A stretch of 64,000 nucleotides of DNA from an uncultured delta proteobacterium (GTDB taxonomy: Bacteria; Myxococcota_A; Polyangia; Fen-1088). The notes under the pieces were generated by a model that worked only from the letters and a program-made list of their open reading frames with translations, was not told the DNA's origin and did no database searches. A program made the position numbers and the translations under genes. Positions 18,456-28,259 of the stretch are shown one piece after another. The stretch lies in the NCBI GenBank assembly GCA_963767925.1, contig CAVYGB010000008.1:1792001-1856000 (forward strand), in the 5' to 3' direction. The number at the start of each line of letters is the position of its first letter. Within the stretch, counting starts at the first letter, position 1.

Positions 18456-19473
18456 TCCGCTTGCGCACCCGCCCTGCCGCCACGTCGATGACCGAGACGT
18501 CGTGGGAGGGTCCGTTGGCCGTGTAGACGGTGCGACCGTCGGCGGAGACGGCGATCCCCCAGGGCCGGGCTCCCACGTCGTCGATCACGCGCACGACCTT
18601 CCCGGCAGCGACGTCGACAACGGCGATCGATTCGTTGCGGCCGTTCGACACGTAGAGGCGCTTGCCGTCCGGGGACAACACGCTGCCCATGGGCCGGGGA
18701 GGAAGGGGCTTCTTCGCGCGAGAGACGATCTTCAGATCGCTGCGCCGGCGGGCGGCCCCCACGTCGATGAAGGTCACCTCGGCCGAGTTCTCGGCGGCGA
18801 CGAAGGCCAGCGCGCCGTCCTGACTGAAGGTGATGGATCGCGGCCGCGGCCCCGTCTCGATGCGGGTGAGGACCTTCAGGCTCGTGGTGTCCACCGCCAC
18901 CACCTGGTTGTCCTGCTCGCAGGCCACGTAGACCACCTGGCCATCGGGACGCAGGGTGACGCCTTCCGGCTCCAGACCGACGGGGACGCGGGCCGTGACC
19001 GTCCCGGCGGCGATGTCGATCACCGACATCTCGGCGGTCTCCTCGTTCGAGACGAACAGCCGCTTTCCGTCGGCGGAGATGTCGAAGGACTCCGGATCCT
19101 GACCGCTCGGCAACGTGCGCAGCAGCCTGGCCGAGGCCAGATCGATGACCCCGATCCCGTCGGCCTTCCGGTCGGCCGGCGGGAGCTTGGATTCGTCGAC
19201 GCCGGGCCCCCCCCGCGGGGACCCGGAGAGCGCCACGTAGAGGAGGCGACCGTCGGGACTGACTCGGATGCCACGCGGGCGCTTACCCACCGGGATCCGG
19301 GACACGACCTCAAGCGTGGCGGTGTCCACCACCGCCACGTCGCCGCTCTCCTCGTTGCTGACGTAGAGGCGAGCGGCCGGCGCCGCCACGGCCGCGGTCA
19401 GGAAGAGGCAGCCAACGCCGAGGACGATCGCTCCGACCCGGGAGGGGCTGAACACCGAGATGGAACTTCGCAT
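18412..19473 (-). CDS. YVTN/YncE-family beta-propeller secreted protein
   Basis: Signal peptide, then repeated LYVSNE..V.V.D ... IPVG..P.GI..SPDG blades. Confidence 0.9.
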   Translation of the reverse strand: MRSSISVFSPSRVGAIVLGVGCLFLTAAVAAPAARLYVSNEESGDVAVVDTATLEVVSRIPVGKRPRGIRVSPDGRLLYVALSGSPRGGPGVDESKLPPADRKADGIGVIDLASARLLRTLPSGQDPESFDISADGKRLFVSNEETAEMSVIDIAAGTVTARVPVGLEPEGVTLRPDGQVVYVACEQDNQVVAVDTTSLKVLTRIETGPRPRSITFSQDGALAFVAAENSAEVTFIDVGAARRRSDLKIVSRAKKPLPPRPMGSVLSPDGKRLYVSNGRNESIAVVDVAAGKVVRVIDDVGARPWGIAVSADGRTVYTANGPSHDVSVIDVAAGRVRKRIKAGELPWGLALSR

Positions 19474-19523
19474 CGGCCGTAGCGTGCCACGACTCGTCCC
19501 GATCCGGTACGGCGACGTCGCCG

Positions 19524-20915
19524 TCAGGCCAGCAACGGCGGGATCGTCCCGGCGGCTCCCAGGTCGCCCACCTTGGGGACGTCGACCCCCATGAGGCGCA
19601 CCATGGTCTGGAGCATCTGGTTGTGGTCGTAGCGGCCCGCGAAATCGAGGAAACGGCCCGGTTTGACCGCGCCTCCCAGCTTGCCCGCCCACCAGCAGGG
19701 CTCGGGCGCGACCCCGTGGGTCCAGCCCAGGAAGAGCTCGTTGCCGTAGACCACCAGCATGTTGTCCAGCATCGGCTTGCCGCCCTCCTGAACCAGCTTG
19801 AGCTCGTCGAGGAGCTGGGCGATGTGGTCCATGTAGAAGGTCTGGATGCGGGCCAGCACGGGCGCGTTGGCGGTGCCGTGCGAGAGCGTGTGGTGGGTGT
19901 CCCGGGCGCCCACCCAGGAGTGGATGTGATTGGAGAAGCCGCGCGAGTACTGCAGGGAGGCGATGCGCGTCCGATCGCAGGCGAAGGCCGCCGCGACCAT
20001 CTTGTTGGTCAGGGTGATGAGCGCCGGGAAGCTGGCGTTGTTGTTCAGGTCGATCATCTGCGGCTTGCCGCCGGGGGTGCAGGCGGTGAGCACCGGGTTG
20101 CCCACGGTCCCCTGCAGACGGCGCTCGATGTCCCGCACCGTCTCGAGGTGCGCGTCGAGCTTTCCGCCGTCGTCCTTGCCGAGCTTGAGCCGCACGTCGC
20201 CCAGATCGGCCTTGAGGAAGTCGAGGATGCTTTTCTTCTCGGCCCGGATGCGCTCCATGGCGACATCGGGCGCACCCGACGCCGGCGCCATCCCCCCGCT
20301 GGGCTTGAACCCACCGCCGAAGATGCGGTCGAACATCTTGTAGGGATCCGACTCGGCAGGGACCTTCGCCCGCGGCCCCGAGTAGATCATGTACGAGTTG
20401 ACCGAGGCGGCCTTCGCGTTGGCGTCGCCCGCGTTGAAAAAGGACTGCACCCCGAACTGCAGCGACTGGAAGTCGGTGACGGTGGGCAAGCCCTTGGCGA
20501 TGATCTGGTCGACCGAGGGGGCCATACCCTGGTTGCCGCTGATCGAGTTCCCGGTCCAGAGACCGCCCATGGCGTGCTCGTGGGCTCCGCCGCTGCCGCC
20601 GTTGTGACGGGGCATATCCTTGAGGACGATCATGTCCGCCTTGTGGCGGTTGAGTGGCTCGAGGATGGAGGGGAACGTGAACTCGGTCTCGCTGCCCTTG
20701 GGCCACCACTGATCGGGCACGATCCCATCCGGGGTGAACAGCAGCAGCAGGCGCTTGGGCGCCGCGGCGTCGGCCCGGGCCCAGCCCTCGAGGGCTGGCA
20801 CCAGCGGCGCGGCGGCGGCGCTTACCCCCAGCGCCCGCAGGAGCTGGCGGCGCGAGGGTCCCTGCTTCCGGTTGGGCAGCGTGCTTCCGAGCGAGAGCGT
20901 GCGGAGGTACTTCAC
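19524..20915 (-). CDS. DUF1552 family protein with Tat-like signal
   Basis: SRRQLLRALG, PKRLLLLFTPDG, ILEPL, SVDQIIA, KSILDF, KLDAHLETVRDIE, AFACDRTR, HHTLSH, MLDNMLV. GTGA overlap with the upstream gene. Confidence 0.9.
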   Translation of the reverse strand: MKYLRTLSLGSTLPNRKQGPSRRQLLRALGVSAAAAPLVPALEGWARADAAAPKRLLLLFTPDGIVPDQWWPKGSETEFTFPSILEPLNRHKADMIVLKDMPRHNGGSGGAHEHAMGGLWTGNSISGNQGMAPSVDQIIAKGLPTVTDFQSLQFGVQSFFNAGDANAKAASVNSYMIYSGPRAKVPAESDPYKMFDRIFGGGFKPSGGMAPASGAPDVAMERIRAEKKSILDFLKADLGDVRLKLGKDDGGKLDAHLETVRDIERRLQGTVGNPVLTACTPGGKPQMIDLNNNASFPALITLTNKMVAAAFACDRTRIASLQYSRGFSNHIHSWVGARDTHHTLSHGTANAPVLARIQTFYMDHIAQLLDELKLVQEGGKPMLDNMLVVYGNELFLGWTHGVAPEPCWWAGKLGGAVKPGRFLDFAGRYDHNQMLQTMVRLMGVDVPKVGDLGAAGTIPPLLA

Positions 20916-22642
20916 GGCTTCACCTTCTGGTAACGGAAGGAATCGGATCGGGCCAGACCGAGGAGGAGCTCCGAGACCTTCCCCCCTCCGGCCTGGAAGC
21001 CCTCCAGGGCGGTGGTCAACGAGCGGACGTCGTCGGGACTGTCCTCTCTGCCGAGGGCAAAGCGGAGCCACTGGGTGGCCACGCAGCGCTGGACCTCCTC
21101 GGCGCCGGCCAGCTTCTCGACCATGTCGATGGCGTCGCGGACCGGACCGTTGAGGGTCTCGGTGGCGATGATCTCGGTCTTGGCGTCGATCGGCTTGCCA
21201 TTCTCCAGCGTCCGGTAGCGGCCGATGGCGTCGTAGTTCTCGAAGGCGAAGCCCAGCGGATCGAACAGCGCGTGGCAGGACGCGCACTCGGGCTTGTCGC
21301 GGTGGACGGCGGCCCGCGTGCGGGCGTCGGCGCTGGCCGGCACCTCGGTCTCCGAGGAGTCCACGCCCGGGGGCGGGTCGGGCACCGGCGTGCACAGGAA
21401 CCCGGCCCGGATGAGCTTTCCACGCCGGATGAACGACGTACGATCCTCCTTCGCCAGGGCCGACAGGATGCCCGCCTGGGTGAGGAGCCCGGAGCGCTGG
21501 CCCGGATCCAGGTCGGTCTTCTGCCAGCCGCTCGCGGCCCCCGCCGGCCGGGGCAGCCCGTAGAGCTCGTGCAGCGGCCCGGAGAGGACGGAGTAGGACG
21601 CGCTGAGCAAGGTGGCGAGCTTGCCATCGCCTTCGGTCATCACGTAGTCGACGAAGCGACGGGGCTCCTCGAGCATCGCCGCGCGCAGGGCCTCGTTCCA
21701 GGCCGGGAACAGCTCGGGATCCTTTTCCACCGCCTTGAGCTCGGTGGTCTCCAGCCACTGCTGGTGGAAGGTCGCCAGTGTGTCGCGGAAGCGCGGCGTC
21801 CCCATCAACCGGCTGGCCTGGCTGGCCACCTCCTCCGGCCTGGCGAGCTGCCCCGCCTCGGCGGCCGAGAACAGGTCGCCGTCGGGCATGCTGTTGAGGA
21901 AAAAGTACGAGAGGCGGGAGGCCAGCGCCCAGCCGTCCAGGGCGACAACCTTGCCCACCTCGGCGCCGGCCGTGGGCTCGACGAGGTAGAGGAAGCTCGC
22001 CGATTGCAGCATGCCCGTGAGGAGCAAGCGAAGGCCGCTGGCCAGGTCCCCGCCCTCGGCCCGTCCCGCCGCCACCAGGGCCCGGGCGCGCTCCAGCTCC
22101 GCCGGGGCGAGAGGCCGCCGGAAGGCCCGCTTGCCGAAGCGCCCGATGAAGTCGGTCAGGCAGGGGCCCTCGTTCGCGCCGGAGGGGTCGCAGGCCAGCA
22201 ACGCCGGTAAGTCGGCGGTTGCCTTCCGGGCGATGGCCTCGGCCAGCCCGGCGTAGCGATCCAGGTCCGAACCCTGGACCGGCCGGTGGATGTTGCTCAC
22301 GAAACGCTCGTCTCCGATGGCGTCGTCGGCCGGGAGGGAGCCTTCGGTAACGAGGTCACCGAGGCCGAGCAGATCCTGAACCGTGTTCCGGTACTGCAAC
22401 GCGTTTAGCCGGCGCAGCGGCGCCGCTCCTGCGTTGACTCCGGCAGGAGCCGGTGCGGCTGGCATCGACGGGCCACCGACAGCGCCACCGCCGCCGGCGT
22501 TCCCGGTCCGCTGCGGCTCACCACCGGGCGTGCGGCCCGGAGCCGCCCCGTCGATGCTGCCCGTGCAGGCCGCCCCGAGCAGCGCCAGTCCGGCGCCCAG
22601 CCAGCGGCCTGGCAAATTTCCTGATGTTGCCCGTCGGTGCAT
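20912..22642 (-). CDS. DUF1592-family multi-domain lipoprotein (DUF1587/1595/1592/1588/1585) with CxxCH
   Basis: Lipobox GAAC, LRRLNALQYRNTVQDLLG, RAFRRP, LASRLSYF..SMPD, RSGLLTQ, CASCHALFDPLGFAFENYDAIGRYR. Confidence 0.9.
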   Translation of the reverse strand: MHRRATSGNLPGRWLGAGLALLGAACTGSIDGAAPGRTPGGEPQRTGNAGGGGAVGGPSMPAAPAPAGVNAGAAPLRRLNALQYRNTVQDLLGLGDLVTEGSLPADDAIGDERFVSNIHRPVQGSDLDRYAGLAEAIARKATADLPALLACDPSGANEGPCLTDFIGRFGKRAFRRPLAPAELERARALVAAGRAEGGDLASGLRLLLTGMLQSASFLYLVEPTAGAEVGKVVALDGWALASRLSYFFLNSMPDGDLFSAAEAGQLARPEEVASQASRLMGTPRFRDTLATFHQQWLETTELKAVEKDPELFPAWNEALRAAMLEEPRRFVDYVMTEGDGKLATLLSASYSVLSGPLHELYGLPRPAGAASGWQKTDLDPGQRSGLLTQAGILSALAKEDRTSFIRRGKLIRAGFLCTPVPDPPPGVDSSETEVPASADARTRAAVHRDKPECASCHALFDPLGFAFENYDAIGRYRTLENGKPIDAKTEIIATETLNGPVRDAIDMVEKLAGAEEVQRCVATQWLRFALGREDSPDDVRSLTTALEGFQAGGGKVSELLLGLARSDSFRYQKVKP

Positions 22643-22696
22643 TTCGACCTCCGGCCAGGGTTGATCCTGGCCCGGTGAGACGTTTTTTCGCGCCTC

Positions 22697-23737
22697 ATGC
22701 CTGATCGAAGGGTCAGGGGATGGGGCTGCAGGATGTTAAGTGTCGCAACCCGCACTTGGGAACACATTTATTTTCTGGACCGCCAGGTGCCACGCACGCC
22801 TTATCCAGCAGGGCTCCACCTGCCTCCGGTGGCTGACGATGAACCGTCGGTGGGCCCTCGGCTCTTCGCCTCGTACGCCATCGCGCAGGCGCTCTCGCTG
22901 GGGGTCTTCTTCCTGCTCCCACCCGGCACCTGGGCGGCGACGTTCTGGCAGGTCGCGATTGGCTGGGTCGCCGCCGCGTTCGCCCTCCGCCAGGCCCGCC
23001 AGGGCGGAGAGGGTAGCCGGTCCATCGGCTACCTGTTCGGCGCGGGCCTGCTGCTCAACGACAGCGGCATCTTCGTCGAGCAGATCCTCTCACATTTCTT
23101 CTCGGCACCCGCGAGCCCCAACCTCGCCGACGCCTTCTGGCTGGCGCTCTATCCCTGCCTGATCACCGGCCTCACCATCGTTGTCTACCGCCGCAGCGGG
23201 GACGACGACAACGACGGGATCGTCGCGAGCACCGCCATCAGCACGGTCATCACGATCGGCCTCGGCCTCGTCGCCTGGGAGCTGGTCATCGTGCCCAAGA
23301 CGGTGGTTCGGGATGTCAGCGTCGGTCAGCTCCTCATCGTGACCGCCTACCCCACCGGCGACCTGGTCCTCATCGCGCTCGCCCTGCGCCTGCTTTTCTC
23401 GGGCACCGCCCGCAGCCCGGCCTTCCTTTTGCTGTTCGCCTCGGTCCTGTGTTTCCTCGGCGCCGACATGGGCTGGGTGGCGCCGCTGCGCACCGGCGAG
23501 CCGCTGTCGGCCGGCGTCCGCCAGGTGCTGGCGGCGACCTCGCTCGCCGCCTATTGCCTCATGGGGGCCGCCGTCGGCCATCGATCCTTCCCCGATCTGG
23601 TCCAGCGGTCGCAGCGGCCGGGCACGCGGGCGACGCCCGCCATGCTGGGATCGCTCGCGGTTTCTCTCCTCATCGCGCCGACGGTCCTCGCCGTGGAGGC
23701 CATCCTGGACAAGCTGTACGGAGCCATGGGTCCATGA
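22697..23737 (+). CDS. Multi-pass membrane protein resembling the sensor region of GGDEF/kinase proteins, with no output domain
   Basis: About 9 hydrophobic segments, ADAFWLALYP and AYPTGDLVL motifs. The true start is probably downstream (~22829). Confidence 0.75.
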   Translation: MPDRRVRGWGCRMLSVATRTWEHIYFLDRQVPRTPYPAGLHLPPVADDEPSVGPRLFASYAIAQALSLGVFFLLPPGTWAATFWQVAIGWVAAAFALRQARQGGEGSRSIGYLFGAGLLLNDSGIFVEQILSHFFSAPASPNLADAFWLALYPCLITGLTIVVYRRSGDDDNDGIVASTAISTVITIGLGLVAWELVIVPKTVVRDVSVGQLLIVTAYPTGDLVLIALALRLLFSGTARSPAFLLLFASVLCFLGADMGWVAPLRTGEPLSAGVRQVLAATSLAAYCLMGAAVGHRSFPDLVQRSQRPGTRATPAMLGSLAVSLLIAPTVLAVEAILDKLYGAMGP

Positions 23738-23916
23738 CGACGTGCGGATAGCGCTGTGAAGCCAGAACCCCTCCGGTGACGAGGCCCCGGACGTGCTCGC
23801 ACTGAAGGGGGCACTCTGTACGGATATGAAAAATCGAAAGATCGCTGGCGTTTTTGCCCTTGCTTGCCGCGGGCCAGAGCCCAAAAGTTGTACAAAACTT
23901 TAGAACCGAACGCGCC

Positions 23917-24369
23917 TTGAGCACGACCACCATCCCCCCCGAGGATCGAAAGACGCTGCTCGTCGTTGACGACGACAGCGACGTCCGCGACGTCCTGCAG
24001 GAGGTGCTCCAAGACGCCGGGTACGTCGTCGTCTGTGTGGAGCATGGGGAGGATGCGCTGTCGTACCTGCACATCGGCCCCACGCCCGACGCCATCTTGC
24101 TGGACCTGTTCATGCCCGTGATGAGCGGCTGGGACTTCGCCAGGCACATGCGGCGCTTTCCCCATCTGGCCACTATCCCCATCGTGGTGATCACCTGCAG
24201 CGAGCCCTACTGGGGCTACCCGGGCCCCCACGTGCTGCGCAAGCCGCTCGACCTGGAGAAGCTCCTACAGACCGTCCAGGACCTCCTGGACGCTCAGGGC
24301 GGCGGCTCCCCGACCGGGTCCAACGGGGCCCCCGGGTCGCGCCGCATCCCGAACGTGCGGCCGTCGTAG
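23917..24369 (+). CDS. Single-domain response regulator (receiver)
   Basis: LLVVDDD, ILLDLFMPVMSGWDF, IPIVVIT, LRKP. TTG start inferred. Confidence 0.9.
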   Translation: MSTTTIPPEDRKTLLVVDDDSDVRDVLQEVLQDAGYVVVCVEHGEDALSYLHIGPTPDAILLDLFMPVMSGWDFARHMRRFPHLATIPIVVITCSEPYWGYPGPHVLRKPLDLEKLLQTVQDLLDAQGGGSPTGSNGAPGSRRIPNVRPS

Positions 24370-24486
24370 GCGGGCCGATCCTGGCCACTGTCCCACCTCG
24401 TGGGGCCTCACGTCGCGGCGCTCCGGGGTCCGCGCCGCCGCGGCTGGGAGCCGGCCGGATCCGGTCGGCGGTGATATCTTCAAGGG

Positions 24487-25008
24487 ATGGACTTCGCGGC
24501 GTTCGAACGGCTGGTGCTCGAGGTGCTGTTCGAAACGCGCGACCCTCTGACAGCTCCCCACCTGGCGTATCTCGGGGGGATCTCGGTGACCCGGGCCGAG
24601 CGGTACCTGGGCCGGATGGTGGAGGAAGGGTCGATCGTTCCGCGCCTCGGCTCACAAGGTGTCATCGAATACATCTTCCCCGGCCGGCGGAACCTGGACG
24701 TTCGCCCGCGGGACGCTCGCCGGCGGCTCGATGCGGCCGCGCCCACCGGACCGCGGGAGGGGGCCGAGGCGCAGGCCGACGCGGCCGAGAGCACCGAGGA
24801 CCTCGCCACCGACGCCGTCAGCTCCGCGACCGCCGTGTTGCTGTCGGTGCTGGTGCCTGGCGCCGGTCACATCTACGCGGGCCGCTCGGGCGCAGGGGTG
24901 GCCTGGATGGCCACCACCCTGGCCGGCTACGCCTGCTGCCTGCTGCCGGGCCTGTTCCTGCACGGCCTCTGTCTGGTCAGCGCCGCCCACGCCCGCGAGC
25001 CGCGCTAG
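24487..25008 (+). CDS. Hypothetical protein, N-terminal winged-helix-like region plus C-terminal TM2-like segments
   Basis: LTAPHLAYLGGISVTRAERYLGRMVEEG and LLSVLVPGAGHIYAGR..G.AWM. Confidence 0.75.
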   Translation: MDFAAFERLVLEVLFETRDPLTAPHLAYLGGISVTRAERYLGRMVEEGSIVPRLGSQGVIEYIFPGRRNLDVRPRDARRRLDAAAPTGPREGAEAQADAAESTEDLATDAVSSATAVLLSVLVPGAGHIYAGRSGAGVAWMATTLAGYACCLLPGLFLHGLCLVSAAHAREPR

Positions 25009-25070
25009 TCGGGCGTCGAGCGAAGCGAGGGAACCCGACTCCTTCGAAAACGGTCCCTGGCCCGCGGAAC

Positions 25071-25700
25071 TTACGGCTCCAGCGACGCCTGCTTCTCCCG
25101 GTGGATGCGGCGGAGCTGATCGAGGGTCTCCGGAGAGACTCCCGAGGTCGCCTCGCGCTCCAGGCGCGTGATCGCCTCGTTCAGCGCCTGGGACTCCCGC
25201 CCGGCCCGCGCGCGCAGGGCCTCGTACATGTCGCGGAAGGTGGAATAGAACTCCTGGAGCTCGTCCCCCTTGCGCAGCTGCTGCCTCATGGCCGGCGACA
25301 GCTTGTTGTCCCGCACGCGGGTGCAGATGCCGGCGATGCTGTAGAGCGGTCCCGCCACCTTGTGCGTGATCCAGATACCGACCCCGGCGATCGAGACGAG
25401 CAGCAGCAGGCCGAAGCCGGCGATGCTGAACAGCACCACCCGATCGTTGGCCCGGAACTGGGCCTGCAGCTCGCCGGCGCTGGCCGGATCCACCAGCCCC
25501 GTCATCCAGATGATCTTCGAGGTGTCCTGGGTGGCGTCGTAGATCTTGTAGCCCAGCACGGCGGTCAGCAGCACAGCCACCATGATGATGAAGGCCGTGT
25601 AACGGATCTGTAGACCCACGTCGAGCAGGTAGTTCCGCAGCTTTCGTTTGTAGCGCGGCGGCGAACCGGTCGCGCTCGCGGCTGTCTCGGGTTTGCTCAT
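25071..25700 (-). CDS. Two-TM protein with HAMP-like domain
   Basis: RKLRNYLLD..LQ, two TM helices, THKVAGPLY...LRKGDELQEFY. Confidence 0.85.
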   Translation of the reverse strand: MSKPETAASATGSPPRYKRKLRNYLLDVGLQIRYTAFIIMVAVLLTAVLGYKIYDATQDTSKIIWMTGLVDPASAGELQAQFRANDRVVLFSIAGFGLLLLVSIAGVGIWITHKVAGPLYSIAGICTRVRDNKLSPAMRQQLRKGDELQEFYSTFRDMYEALRARAGRESQALNEAITRLEREATSGVSPETLDQLRRIHREKQASLEP

Positions 25701-25710
25701 CGTGGGCCCC

Positions 25711-26562
25711 TCATCCCCCCTGGGATTGTAAGAATTTACTCAGATCTTCTCCCAACTGTCCCGCCGAAGCCTCCAGACAATCTCGACGGGCGTTGGCAAT
25801 GTCCTGAGGTCGCGAACCTCCCTGGACCGCCGCACCGGCATTGGTCCAGAGAATGATGCTCTTGGAAGGCCAGCGCGCGACCATGACCTTCACGTCGCAG
25901 TTGATCTCCATCGCGCCGCCCACGAGTCCATTTTCCAGGCGGCTGACGTTCCCGTCGATGAGAAACCCGACCGGCGAGCCGCCCCCGACGGTGCGGCTCT
26001 CGAAGGTGACCGAGGGGAGCTTCCCCAGCTCCCGCCTCAGGGCGCTGCGCAGGACCTCCAGCGCGTTCGCGTCGGCCCCCCCGGCGCCGCCGCTGAAGCT
26101 CCCGAAGGTGAGAAATATCTTACCTCCGTGCGACTTGACCCCCACCAGGGCGAGCGCCTTCTCCGCCTGGACCCGCACCGCCTGATCCTGCTCCCGCTCG
26201 AGCAGTGCCTTCAGCGCCGGCGCCGAGGAGGCCACGCCGAGGCGCCCCAGCGCCTGCGCCGACATCCAGCGCACCAGCTTGTTGCTGTCGCTGAGGGCCC
26301 GGGCCAGCGGCTCGGCCCCCCCGGGGTCGCCCAGCCTGCCGAGGAGCTGTGCGGCCTGGACGCGCACCTTGTAGCTGTCGTCCTCGAGCAGCACGCGCGA
26401 GAGCTCCTCGAGCTTCCCGGCATGGGCCACCCGTCGCGGCGGTGCCAGGGCAACCGCCAGCCCGAGCAGGAGGCAGAGCGCGGCCGTGGACCAGACCCGG
26501 GACGGGCCTCGCCGGCGGGAGCACCGAGGGCTGCCTCCCCGGCTGCCCTGCATGAAGGTCAT
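25711..26562 (-). CDS. Secreted HEAT-repeat protein
   Basis: Signal peptide, HEAT repeats (YKVRVQAAQLLGRLG, LVRWMSAQALGRLG). ATGA overlap with the upstream kinase gene. Confidence 0.8.
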   Translation of the reverse strand: MTFMQGSRGGSPRCSRRRGPSRVWSTAALCLLLGLAVALAPPRRVAHAGKLEELSRVLLEDDSYKVRVQAAQLLGRLGDPGGAEPLARALSDSNKLVRWMSAQALGRLGVASSAPALKALLEREQDQAVRVQAEKALALVGVKSHGGKIFLTFGSFSGGAGGADANALEVLRSALRRELGKLPSVTFESRTVGGGSPVGFLIDGNVSRLENGLVGGAMEINCDVKVMVARWPSKSIILWTNAGAAVQGGSRPQDIANARRDCLEASAGQLGEDLSKFLQSQGG

Positions 26563-27743
26563 TCTTCCAATTGCAGGTTCGGCTTGGCGCTTCCGGACTT
26601 TAGCGCGACGACGAAAGCGGCTCCGCCCTCGTCTCCAGCCCCCGCCACCACCCGCCCTCCGTGAAGCTCCAGCACCATCCGCGCCAGCGCCAGACCCAGG
26701 CCCTGCACCGGCGGCAGCCGCCGGGTCAGGCGCACGTACGGCTCGAAGATACGGGCGCGATCTTCGGGTGGGATGACCTCGCCATCGCTCGACAGGTTCA
26801 CCCGCAAGCCGGCCTCGTCCTCGGCCGTGCGCAGCAACAGGCGGCTGGTGCGGGGCTGTCGCAGCAAGTAGGCCGCGAGGGCGGCGAAGGCCTGCCGCAG
26901 CAGCTCGCGATCGCCGACCACCCACGCCCCGGGCCCCGAGACGACCTCGAGCACCGGGCGGGGACGGGATCCCTGCTCGGTCTGGCCCCGCAGCTCCTCC
27001 TTGACCTCGGCCAGCAGATCGTCGAGCCGGATCTGGCTCTGCTTGAGGGTCACCCGGCCCGACTCGAAGCGCTCGTAGTCCTGCACCGTCCGCAGGCCGC
27101 GGCCGAGCTGCTGGAACAGGTGGCGGGTCTCGCGCGAGCACTCGAGCAGGTCCTCCGATCGGTCCCTGGCCGCCGCCGCCGCCCCCTGGGCCAGGAACTC
27201 GAAGTTCGCCTGCAGGGCGCCGCTGACGTTCTGGAGATCGTGGACGAAGGTGGCGATCCAGCGCCCGCGCTCGGTGATCGCGGTCCGGCTGGCGTCGTGT
27301 TTGCGCTCTTGCCGGCGGTACAGCGCCTGCGACCGCAGCAGCGCCCACAGGCGCGTGCGCTTCTCGGCCTCGTCCATCCCGGGGGGAAAGACCGCGTCGG
27401 CGCCGGCGGCGTACGCGGACAGGCGCTGCGGCCCCCGGTCGTTCCGGGGCACGACGATGACCGGGAGAAAATGCGTGCGGGTGTTGCTCTTGAGGCGCTG
27501 GCAGAGATCGACGCCGCCGCTCGGCGGCAGATCCTCGTGGATCAGCAGCAAGTTTGGTCGATGCAGGAGCGCCTCCTCGAAGGCTGCCTCCGCGTCGGCG
27601 ACAACCGCGATATTGAGCTTCTCTGCCTTGAGGAACTCGACGAGCGGCCGGGCGGCGTCGCGCTCACCGGCGGCGACCAGGGCCTCGATCTCGCCCGGCT
27701 CGGGGACGAGATCGCTGCGACTGGTCCGCTCGCTGGGCAACAT
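26559..27743 (-). CDS. Atypical hybrid receiver-histidine kinase
   Basis: Receiver-like GVDLCQRLKSNTRTHFLPVI, HisKA FVHDLQN, IFEPY, GLGLGLALAR..LELHGG. Phospho-Asp and N-box are degenerate. RBS GGGAG. Confidence 0.85.
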   Translation of the reverse strand: MLPSERTSRSDLVPEPGEIEALVAAGERDAARPLVEFLKAEKLNIAVVADAEAAFEEALLHRPNLLLIHEDLPPSGGVDLCQRLKSNTRTHFLPVIVVPRNDRGPQRLSAYAAGADAVFPPGMDEAEKRTRLWALLRSQALYRRQERKHDASRTAITERGRWIATFVHDLQNVSGALQANFEFLAQGAAAAARDRSEDLLECSRETRHLFQQLGRGLRTVQDYERFESGRVTLKQSQIRLDDLLAEVKEELRGQTEQGSRPRPVLEVVSGPGAWVVGDRELLRQAFAALAAYLLRQPRTSRLLLRTAEDEAGLRVNLSSDGEVIPPEDRARIFEPYVRLTRRLPPVQGLGLALARMVLELHGGRVVAGAGDEGGAAFVVALKSGSAKPNLQLEE

Positions 27744-27777
27744 CGCGTCCGTCTCCCTCGCCGCTCCGGCGACAGTA

Positions 27778-28239
27778 TCACGACCCTGGCTGGCCACCGA
27801 GCGGGCGCTGGCTCGCGCGCCGGCGAAACACACCGATCGTGAGCGCCGCTCCCAGCAGGCCGCCGGCCGCGTCGGCGATCAGATCGGCGACCTCGAAGTG
27901 CCGGCCGGGTACGAAGAGCTGATGAACCTCGTCGGTGACACCGTACAGAGTTGCCAGGAGTGCGGCCGCGCCGGCCAGGCGGAGCGCAGCCGGGCGTTGC
28001 GATCGCCACCACAGCGCCCGGGCGATCAGGCCGCCAAGGACGGCGTAGACGAACGCGTGAACGATCTTGTCGGTTCCCGGCGGCAAGCCGCCCGGCAGGT
28101 TGGTGGCGGGCGCCGACGAGGCCACGAAGATGAGGACGGCCATCCCGACCGCCGGGGCCCATGCGCGCGGCCTGCTGGGTGGCGACCGGCCCGGCTTGCC
28201 CACATTGCCCACATGTAGGTTGTTTGACTTCATTGCCAT
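27778..28239 (-). CDS. VanZ family membrane protein
   Basis: LIFVASS, DKIVHAFVYAVLG, YGVTDEVHQLFVPGR..DLIADAAG. Start uncertain, probably downstream of 28239. Confidence 0.9.
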   Translation of the reverse strand: MAMKSNNLHVGNVGKPGRSPPSRPRAWAPAVGMAVLIFVASSAPATNLPGGLPPGTDKIVHAFVYAVLGGLIARALWWRSQRPAALRLAGAAALLATLYGVTDEVHQLFVPGRHFEVADLIADAAGGLLGAALTIGVFRRRASQRPLGGQPGS

Positions 28240-28259
28240 ACTGGTATACCTCTGTGGTT

